From: the human T2T-CHM13v2.0 reference genome, Homo sapiens
Assembly (NCBI GenBank): GCA_009914755.4
Contig: CP068257.2
Span: 14,848,001-14,912,000 of the forward strand
Reading direction: 5' to 3'
Length of the DNA: 64,000 nucleotides
The position numbers and the translations under genes are program-made. A model generated the notes under the pieces. That model worked only from the letters and a program-made list of their open reading frames with translations, was not told the DNA's origin and searched no databases. How positions within the stretch are numbered: position 1 is the first letter of the stretch; each line of letters opens with the position of its first letter. This document shows positions 52,801-64,000 of the stretch, in pieces.

Positions 52801-53456
52801 CCTATCCAAGAAGAAATATTTTAGAATTGCTGTCATTAGATTTTTAGTTAGTACTCCATTTTAATGTGTCATTAAACAAATTTTAATAAAGTTGATTGAA
52901 ATTAGAGAATAGACTTTTGTTTCCGAAAGGCTATAAATCACATAGTAATTTAGCTTCAAGCTCAAATATGATAGACATATAATTAAAATGATTTAAAATA
53001 AACTCATCCCTTCAATTATTTCTTTCCAAGTACCATTGCACCCTCATTCTTCTAGGCAAAGAGAGGAAGTTATCTACCTCAGTTACATTCTGATATTTCT
53101 CCTCCTTCTAGAACACTTCTCCAAGAGAGGAGAGTATGGCCTAGCAGTTGGTGGTGTATCTTAAGCAAAAAGGAAAAAAACAAACTATATATTGTTCAAT
53201 CTGTTAGCACTGTGTTGCTCAGAAAAATGAAAGTTAATATTAAATGGTAACCGTAACTAAATCCAACTTCAAGTTTCAATTGTTCATGCCCTCCATGAGA
53301 TAGGCAAGATATTATGTAAGGTGCTTTCACAGGGATCATAAACTTAAGTAACTTCTGGGTCCAGGTAGTATAAGCCAGACTTTTAAGACAAGGGGAAGTA
53401 ATGGGGACTGTGGTAGACCAAAGAAGGCATATTTACCTTTAAGATATTTCAAAATA

Positions 53457-53758
53457 GGCCAACGCCGTGGCTCACGCCTGTAATTCCAGCATTTTGGGGG
53501 GCCGAGGTGGGCGGATCACCTGAGGTGAAGAGTTCAAGATCAGCCTGGCCAACATGGTAAAACCCCCTCGCTACTGAAAACACAAAAATTAACTGGGCGC
53601 GATGGTGGGCACTCGTAATCCCAACTACTCAGGAGGCTGAGGCAGGAGAGTCGCTTGAACTGGGAGGCAGAGGTTGCAGTGAGTTGAGATCACGCCACTG
53701 CACTCCAGGCTGGGCCACAGAGCGAGACTGTCTCAAAAAAAAAAAAAAAAAAAAAAAA
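53457..53758 (+). mobile_element. Alu SINE, full length with A26 tail
   Basis: ggccaacgccgtggctcacgcctgtaattccagcattttggggggccgaggtgggcggatcacctgaggtgaagagttcaagatcagcctggcc...ccaggctgggccacagagcgagactgtctc plus poly(A). TSD aagatatttcaaaata / aagatattttaaaata (~16 bp, one change). Confidence 0.95.
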
Positions 53759-55883
53759 GATATTTTAAAATAACTCTTGTTAGTATGAATTTGGATCCCA
53801 AGGGCAGCCAGTTTTCCATTTCTGATATGAAGGTATCAGATAGTAAAGCAAAATTTCAAAAAACTTATTATTTTGATGAAGCTAACAGCATCTTTTCATA
53901 AAGTTAAACTAGATAATTTGGGATCGTTTTACTACTCTCAAGTCATTATAAAGTTCATATAAAAGACAACTTCTATGCTGACATTGTTATTTCAAATAGA
54001 TATGTATGTTGCATGACAGTCGACATGGTTTCTTGAATTTAACTGACTAATGAAAAATATTCATTCATCAAGCAATAATTAGCAACCACAATATTATTTT
54101 GATGTCATTTTAATAAAAGAAGTGTAGTAGTAGTAGTAATTGTAATATTCTTGGTAGGAATATATAATTTTCAGTTTGTATTTGCATATAAACCGCAATG
54201 TACAAAAAATGAAATTCTTATAATTCTTATGCTCAGGTAATTGATGCTATAGATGGATAAATATATAGCATTTTCAAGTTAGAAAAAACAAAATGTTAAA
54301 TAGAATGAAGACTAAGTTCAAGTATTCTCATCTCCATATAAAGTCGGGCAACTGAGTAGAGTTCAAAAGTAAAGAAACATTGGTATTGTTAATTATATTT
54401 TATTGTGTTATAATTAAAAGACCAATTATACATAAATCTGGAATTAGATCAGGTTCCTGTCCATAAATTTTCGATATAATTTAATCCAGTGAATCTAAAT
54501 GTGTAAAAGAGAAATGACAAAACCACTTATGAAAACACAGAGTTTCTAGTAGTAAAAAAACATGTATTGTCAATTTTGTTGTCTGTTGTAGAAGCCCTCT
54601 TATTTAATATAATTGGGATCAATAGTCAATGAGTTAATGCACTCAGATATTAAAATAAATTGATCTTAAAAACAAATACATACACACAACCTACATTTTA
54701 TTTAAATTTTAAACACTTGATTATATATTTATTTGCCAATAATTTTATGTAAACCAAGAACTTTTTTTTTTGGTTTACGTTGTTGGTTACAGATTATAGT
54801 CATCCTTCCTTTCAATAAATCCTATAATGCATCATATATGATTTCTAATTTTTCATCGCGTCATGAATGTCTTTAAGTAAGTTCAAATCCAATGCAAAGA
54901 AATCTAAGAGCAGAATTCTACTTTCTCCAATTTTTTTCTAAGCTTCTGAAATTGTCTTTCCCACATGTTATTCTATAGCATTGTGGGTTTTTTTAAGTGA
55001 CTGAATTTTATTAAATCTTCCCTAAATATTCAACTTAGAGGTATAGAACAACAATTCTCATTTTCTTTACAATTATATTTCAATTTGTTTATGTGATATT
55101 TAATTAAATTGTGCAATTCGGTATATGCAAAACTGGCATAAACTGGTTTGGGAGCAAACGTAATGGACTCCAGGGAGGCATGTAAACCACTTGGTGGGAG
55201 CAGACATGTTCAACTGGGTGTTCCAGAAATCTTGATGGCGACGGAACTGTTCTCTCTGCACTGTCCAAAACAATAGCCACTGGCCACATGAAGCTATTGA
55301 GCACTTGAAGTACGTCTAGTGTGACTGAAAAATGAATTTTAAATTTTAGTTAATTTTAGTTGACTCAAATTTAAATAGCTACATGTGGTTTGCAGTTAAG
55401 GCAGTAGGCTGTGCAGTTCTAGAGAGTAGCTCACTTGCATTTAGCATTTAGCAGCCAGGATATCTGTTAAGAATATCAGATAATCTGCAAAGTGGCTAAT
55501 GGTTAAGAATACTACTGTAGTTGAATTAAGATACACTTAGGAAATGCAGATTGATTTGGAATGTGTTTGTTTTGCTTTTTTTGTTTCATTTTATCATCTT
55601 TTACATTTGTCTTTTTTTATATTTGAGTCTAAATTTAGTTTTGAGGAATTTTTTAAACTTTATTCGAAATAAGGAAGCCAATGAGTAAAACGTTAAACAC
55701 TACAGAGATTTACAGCTCTTTATGTAGCATTCAATTCAACCGAAAACTAATCAGAAAGTAATGACATTCCTTCTCATATTGGCAAAAAAAAAGTTCTTAA
55801 TTCAGCATAATAGATCCATAGGAACCATAGGATGAATTTGTTGAGTCTTTAGAACCTTTGAAATATTTATATTAATAGTTTAA

Positions 55884-56285
<402 letters not shown>

Positions 56286-56668
56286 TAATAATAACTCCAT
56301 GAGGTTACTGTTTAATACTTTTTGAGGTGCCTGAATTTAATTCAGTGTAAACTGTGATAGAATCGAAAGCCTTCATTTACAAATATTGTAAATCTATCAA
56401 TCCACATATATGTTAAATTATAAAATGTATACATGTTATTAAATATGTAAAAATTTTATGTATTGCACAATATATAATTTATATGTAATTAATAATACAT
56501 TTATAATTTAATTACTTAGATAAACCTGTGGAACAAAGTTGACATAAGAAAAAAGGTAGCTTAATTCTTTGGAAGGACTAAATTAAATTGGATAGGTAAA
56601 ATTGGTATTATATTAAGTTTGAACATTTAACTCTAAATTACTGGACATATCATAAAAATGTAGACTGA

Positions 56669-56823
56669 AGCCACACATGGTGGCATGCGCCTGTAGTCTC
56701 AGCTATTCAGGAGACAGAGGTAACAGGATTGTTTGCGTCCAGGAGTTTGAGGGTGTTGTGAGCTGTCATCTCCAACCTGGGTGATGGAGGGAGATCCCAT
56801 CTCTAAAAAAAATAAAATAAAAT
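56669..56823 (+). mobile_element. Right-arm-only Alu / FRAM-like monomer with A-rich tail
   Basis: gccacacatggtggcatgcgcctgtagtctcagctattcaggagacagaggtaacaggattgtttgcgtccaggagtttgagggtgttgtgagctgtcatctccaacctgggtgatggagggagatcccatctc then taaaaaaaataaaataaaatag. It starts where the Alu right monomer starts (gccgggcgtggtgg...). Confidence 0.7.
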
Positions 56824-57286
56824 AGATTGAGCCATCTCTCAGTTTTACAATATAAGTACATTTACTTTTTATTAATGAATAACTGGGCTTATTAAAGTGG
56901 TGCTTTACGAGTGAGGTTTATGAAACATAAAAAGATAGTCATCAGTTTCATGCTAAATGAGAGAACTTGCCTCATGTGAAAACATCGGGAAAATTAGAAA
57001 ACTGTACTTTTATATGTTTTTAAAATAAAATATTTGTTTTAATGTATTTGTATGTTTCCCTTTTTAATCACAGTTGGTCCTTGAACATCACAGGGGTTAG
57101 GGGTCCTCACCCCCGGATGTAGTTGAAAATTTGGGTATAACTTTTGACTCCTCAAAAGCTTAAGTACTAATAGCCTACTTACTGATAACATAAACAGTCT
57201 TACTGATAACATAAACAGTTAATTAACATATATTTTGTATGTTATATGCATTATATACTATATTCTTACTCTAAAGTATACTTGAG

Positions 57287-57588
<302 letters not shown>

Positions 57589-60500
57589 GTATTCTTGAGA
57601 AGAGAAAATGTTATTAAGAAAATTGTATGAGAAAATATTCCACTGCTCATTAAGTTAAAGTGGATAATCATAAAAGCCTTTATCTTAATTGTCTTCAAGT
57701 TGAGTAAGCCAAAGAGGAGGAGGGAGAGGAGGAATTGGCCTTGTCGCCTCAGGGGTGGGAGAGGCGAGGGCAGAGGCAGGAGAGGCAGGCACACTCGTTG
57801 TAAGTTTTATTGAATAAAATTCACATATAAGGGAACCTGTACAATTCCAACCTGTGTTGTTCAAGAGTCAACTGTGACATTTTTAATCTATCAACTACCA
57901 ATTCCAAAGACATCAAGTAGGATGGCTTCCACTGCAATAGTATTAGTCTTCTTATAAAAGTGAGAAAACCAGGGTCAGGGAGTTACACATATAAATTCCT
58001 TACAGCCACATAAAAGGTAAATCCCAGACTGAAGCAGATATATCTTACTCCAAAGGATTTGATTTTAATCATCTTGTTATAATGTCTCCTGTGACAGAGA
58101 ATTAGAAACTTGAAAGCATTAGGTATCCACAGTAAAAATTTGCAAGTAAGGTTTTTCTCTGTTTTATTTAGAATGAATGTGCAGCCTCCCCAGTCCAACT
58201 GACCAGCTTCCTGTGCTTTCAGAGACCTTTTCTAGACCAGTATTACAATTTGGAGATCCACACAATAAAAGTTCAAGGAGCTGTCTTCTCTTTCTGAGTT
58301 TTTAAAATATAGACTAGCATATGGTTACTAAACCTAACCTATCTAAAAACAGCAAATATATTTGCTTCTAACTGGGGATTTATCAGGTTAATGTGGTAAT
58401 ATGTTTATTTGAGGATTAAAAAAAAATTGTGCATTATCACTCAGTCTTTTAACTTCAGATTATTTCCATTTAAAAATTCTAAGTATTTCAAAACATGGGA
58501 GAACAATAAACTTTACGTCACAGACTACTTGAGATTAACTGACTAATATTTGGGAAGCATCTAGATAACACAGTTTCTTACATAATATAGGGGCCCAGAG
58601 AAGACTCCGTTTTTCCTTCCCCCGCTTAAGAATTAAGAATCTTAAGAATTAAGAATGATTAAGAATCACTTGACCCTCACTTACTGTTTTCCTTCCTGCT
58701 CTGGGTTTTAAGACCTTTTAGAACAATGACCCTCAGCTGGGCATGAATGGGAGGGGAATGTGAGGCGGGAGGTGGGTGTGGTTGGAAAAGTCTTCAATAC
58801 TATTCAGATTTTACCTCTGCATGGGCACCCATTTCGGTAAGAATCCATTCTGTGATATTATTTCAGAGGCGAAGGAAAGGCTACCCCTCCTTCAAAATAG
58901 CTTGGTCTTACATTGCACATTTAACTTAGAGCACAATGACTATCCCTTGTTCTCCAGTAATATAGTGGTTGAACTCCACCCTGGAGTCAGGATCCCTGAG
59001 TTTATAGTGAGTGTGAGTCAACACCAACTATAAAAGCTGACCTTTTCATCAGTGCTTTGTGGTCTTTATCTGTAATGTGAAAATTATAACACCAATGTTG
59101 CAAGATTTTCGAGAGAATTAAAAGATTATATGCACATGACCTTTAGCAACCATGATGCCTAGTAGGTAATAGGAGTTGAATAAAAGGTAATTACTATCAT
59201 TAGGCATATTAACTGAGGCAGTGTATTGTTTGCTTATAAAGGTTCCGCATGCTCAGTGCTGCAGAATTTATATAGGCAGAGCCGTCGCAAGAAATGTTGG
59301 GAGGTGGTTTTTTTTGTTTTTGTTTTTGTTTTTTCTGACGGTCCTCTTATCTTCAAAACATCATGGCACTGCTGCCTGGATTTGCTGGTTTGAATAGGCC
59401 ACATTTCAGCTATTCTTCTCATTGTCAGGTCATGGCAAATAATAAGTCTCACCTTTTCTTTCTGAAATTGCATTCCCGCTTCATTCATCTGAAGTTAATT
59501 CTTTTCTTTTTTGTATCATGCTTATTTTGCAAACATGAACAATCTTGTCACTACCGTGTATATGCAAATAAAGTGAAATGATAAATTGCTTAAGTGTCTC
59601 CGTTTTTCTATCTGTAGAATAGGGGTCATAATCCCTTCCTGTTGCACTTTTCCAGACAGTTGAGAAAATAAAAACACGTAATGTAGAGAAAAGAGCATCA
59701 GTATTCTCATAAATAGAAAATTAAGCCATTTAGACTATGTACAGGAAGTTTGATAAGTAGACTTCCAGAAAAGAAGTGGCAAAGTATTCTTTAATTGTTC
59801 ATTCCCTAAGAAAAAGCTGTCTCTCTCAATCTTTTGATACCTCTGTCTTTCTTTCCCTCTCTGTCTACCCGCCTCTGTTCTGTGTGCCTAGATCCTGTTA
59901 ATATTTTCTCTCCTCTACTATTTTCATGTCTGCATGTAATTTTTTTTCATATCTAGCCAAGTGCCAAAATAACATTATGTTTGATATATCAATTAATTTT
60001 TTAATTAAATCAATTAATGAGAACAGCTAGAGAAATGTAGATTTTAGTTCACATGAAACTGGAGGGTACTGGCTACGTTGTAATTAATATATTAATAGTT
60101 TGTCAGTCTTGGTCATTGTCTTGGTCAGAGGATGCCATAGGAAGCTAGATCAGTCCTGTAATTTCTTCCTATTTTTTTTTTTTAAATAAAGCCAATTATT
60201 TCCATATAAGCTAGGTATGCACTCCATACCTGTTTGATAAGATTGATTACATTAAACATTTCTCACAGGAAAATGAGTCTATATTTTATGTTTAATTTTA
60301 ATTTTCACTTTGTAGAAACTAAGTTCAGTGTGCCGTGCTGATCCAGTGAAAGCATGTGCAGTAATTTCATTGTAACCAGTTTTCACTTTAGATAGTGGCC
60401 AGGAGATGTTTGAACCGGGTTATGAGTTTGTGAGGTTTTGAGCATGGTTCTTCCTTCTTTCCCTAGGCTGGATAGAGTACTATAGCAGGGTATTGGATGG

Positions 60501-60620
60501 TTTCCCAAAGCAGGATAACTTCCAGGGAGGAAGCATCACAGATGTCTGAAGTTCAGTGGTATAATGCACTTTTATTACTCCTCTGTTCCTGGCCTACAAA
60601 TCTGCAGAAAAGACATATGA

Positions 60621-60994
<374 letters not shown>

Positions 60995-62466
60995 TAAGCT
61001 TAACATCTATTCTGTTTATGGTGTTGTCAGAGATTTGGGGAACTGGGATAATGAGTTTGTCCATTTCAACTGTTGATTATTTTACTAATGGCTATGAAAG
61101 TGCTATGATGTTCAGAGCAGGTCTTTTCACATTTGATGGATAATTTTGGGAGCAGGGAAGATAGACCTTATTTCCTTGCTTAGAGTTTCATTTCAAAACA
61201 TGGATTTTAGATATAGGACTGCCAGTTTTAGCAAAATAAAAATATGAGACATGCAGTTAAGTCTGAATTTTAGCTAGACAATAAATAATTTTAGAATATT
61301 AGTATGTCCAATATGTCATATTGTTTTTACTGCTTATTGGAAATTCAATTTTGACTATACATCTTCTATTTTTATTTGGCAACTTTATTTAGATAGTATT
61401 TTCCATAATGAAGTGTCTTACTCCTGTTTCTCCATATATTTCCACTCACAGTAAGTAAAGGAATAGAAACTAACGAATAAAATTCATGTATGAAATATCA
61501 GGGGAAAAATACAAAATTAAAATAATTTATATTAAATTAATAGAAAATCAAAGAAAATGCCCTTTTTCTAAATGCCAGAATCATATAAAATTTGTATTAG
61601 GCTATGTTTATTTTATATGATTAAACAAAATGGTTTAGCAAATGGCATTTAATAAACAAAAGCCAGTTTATAACATTAGCATAAACTTCAGAGGATTAAA
61701 AATTTGTTACAGTGTCTAAGCCATATTTCTGGTGGGTTTCTGTGATATTCTATGTGGTCTTTGCATTAGTTACTACAGAGTATTTTTCGGTGCAAGTTCT
61801 GGAGGGAAAGTTTTCTAAGAAATGAACATTCCCATTAAAGGAATTTCACTCTTCAATTAATAGAAAGCATCATTTGTTTTTCACATGATCTGTTGCTATC
61901 GGTTCCTTTAAAATGTTTGTTAGCTTTTTAAACATCTGTTGCTGTAAGAAGATAAATCTTACACACATTACTTGTGCTGTGTGTTTGCCCCAGAGTCAAG
62001 TCAATGTTTTACATGGCGCCTAGAGATCTGTGATAACAGCTCACTGGCTGTGTTCCTGCACGTCATAATCTAACCCTTTCCCGTATCCTGATCTCTTCCT
62101 TCCTGACCATCCTCACCATCCTCAGCTCAGTGGCTCTCCCCATTTCCTGTTTTGCTCAGACCCTCACCAGAGCCAAGCTCTCCAGCCAGGTCTTCTCCCT
62201 ACATTCATCAGCCACCGCCCTCCGTCCGCCCGGCTGCGGCAATTCTGTCCTACTTTTGCAGCCTGAACCCTGAGCAGAGAATAACAAACCTGGAAACTTT
62301 CATAGTGTCACCCAAAGTCACACCGCACACACATGTGCTTGGCCACGTATTCACACATAATGATTTTTTTTTAATTTAATGAGGGAATTGTTATGTAAAT
62401 TTGGCACCATTTCTTTTTGTTTTATATGGATGGACATGAGCACTTAAAGATTAAGAGGTTATTTTC

Positions 62467-62788
<322 letters not shown>

Positions 62789-63345
62789 TTATTTTCAAAC
62801 TTGCATAGTCACACGTCAAGGCAGGAACCCAAGCCCTGCCATCAAATCAAAGTTTTGAGATTTAAGTTCTTCCTCTGTAATACAGGATCGTATGGTCCCA
62901 GAGTTAAAATAGAACTTAAAATACCTAGCTGAAGTGCTTATAGTTATCAGAAAATGTTTGTTTCTTCCCTGCAATTTTCACTAAAGTGAAGAAGACGTGT
63001 GAGAGACAATTTGTGAGACCTAATTCTGGTTGAGGCTAAGAATTCCATTCGTTTTCCAGTCACTGACAAATTTATTTAACTCTTTTGCTTTTGGACATGT
63101 TTCTTTGTCACACAAGGTTGTTCTGTGATTATATGTTTCTATAATCTTTTCAGTTTAAAATTTGACTTAATAATTAGCATATAGCAAGTCAAGAATTTTT
63201 TTTTTTGCAAGTCAACAATTTTCAAATGAATAAATGCATGAGTAAATGGTGGTATCCCTTGCTTTACTACAAATAATACAAAATATTTTGCAATTGTTTA
63301 ATGACACATTTGAGAGTGACATAGGTATTTTATTGTTTCTGTGGA

Positions 63346-63548
63346 TTTTTGTTTGTTTGTTTTTCTAGATGGAGTCTCGCTCTGCCGCCCAGGCTGGAGT
63401 GCAGTGGCGCTATCTCAGCTCACTGCAGGCCCCGCCTCCCGGGTTCACGCCATTCTCCTGCCTCAGCCTCCTGAGTAGCTGGGACTACATGCGCCCGCCA
63501 CCACGCCTGGCTAATTTTTTGTATTGGTAGAGACGGGGTTTCACCGTT
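63346..63548 (-). mobile_element. 5'-truncated Alu (3' ~185 bp plus (GTTT)n tail), minus orientation
   Basis: gtttgtttgtttttctagatggagtctcgctctgccgcccaggctggagtgcagtggcgctatctcagctcactgcaggccccgcctcccgggttcacgccattctcctgcctcagcctcctgagtagctgggactacatgcgcccgccaccacgcctggctaattttttgtattggtagagacggggtttcaccgttct. It stops short of the Alu left arm. Confidence 0.85.
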
Positions 63549-64000
63549 CTGTGGGTATTTTAAAGTAAACTCTAGGACATTTTTAAGTAGTTGGATTTTT
63601 AAAAATTGTCCCACATACTAAGTTACATTTTTTACACAGTTGCAGCACAGTACTTACCTTTGATCCTCGTTTGAGCCTCTGGCTTTCTTTAGCCTGCTTA
63701 AGCTCTGTCCTCTCTCTCTTTACTCTTCTATTCAAAGAGTAGTATGTATTTTGTAAAGATTTTGTAATCTTGCCTACTAATAAAGTTTACATTCCTCAGC
63801 AGGAGAGTAAGGAACTTTACAATCTGCTTCCAATGCACCAACATAAACTCGTATCAGGCTGTCTCTTCATCTCCTGTGTCCACCATTTCCCAGCCCCTAC
63901 GTGTACACCACTACTTTATATTTCACTCACACTGGGGCTCCATGCACCAACGTAGCACATGAGCAGTGGTGTGTAGCAGAAGGCAAGAAAGTCCATAAGC

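Overview
This window is human (or another catarrhine primate) nuclear DNA, not a prokaryotic or phage locus. The evidence is about 17 full-length and 4 partial Alu SINEs (several AluY-like), young and old LINE-1 fragments, MIR SINEs, a MaLR LTR fragment, an Hsmar1 mariner copy, and the CpG depletion and AT-richness (roughly 36-37% GC) of a gene-poor, L1-rich intergenic or intronic region. There are no rRNA or tRNA genes, CRISPR arrays, operons or defence-island features. Nearly all six-frame ORFs in the track are translations of Alu, L1 or mariner sequence, or chance ORFs in AT-rich DNA. The prompt anticipates a novel biological system; I do not see one and will not invent it. Six things deserve a second look. 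(1) A 'Russian-doll' nest: a near full-length ancient L1 (minus strand, ~30.7-39+ kb) interrupted by a near-complete Hsmar1 mariner, five Alus and an unidentified ~500 bp insert, with an AluY inserted inside the Hsmar1. (2) An L1 insertion at 5.1-6.5 kb that looks like a twin-priming inversion. (3) A 26-bp x5 minisatellite whose unit contains a perfect 14-bp palindrome. (4) A repeat-free, CpG-retaining block at 41.1-43.05 kb whose sub-segments end in poly(A) tracts, consistent with either a native UTR/lncRNA exon or processed retrocopies. (5) A short exon-like segment at 44.8 kb with consensus splice sites and an ATG, beside a local CpG cluster. (6) A small CpG-dense, GC-rich island at 46.5 kb with a small-RNA-like look. 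All coordinates were counted by hand and may be off by a few bases. Repeat subfamily names are from memory of consensus sequences, not from a search.
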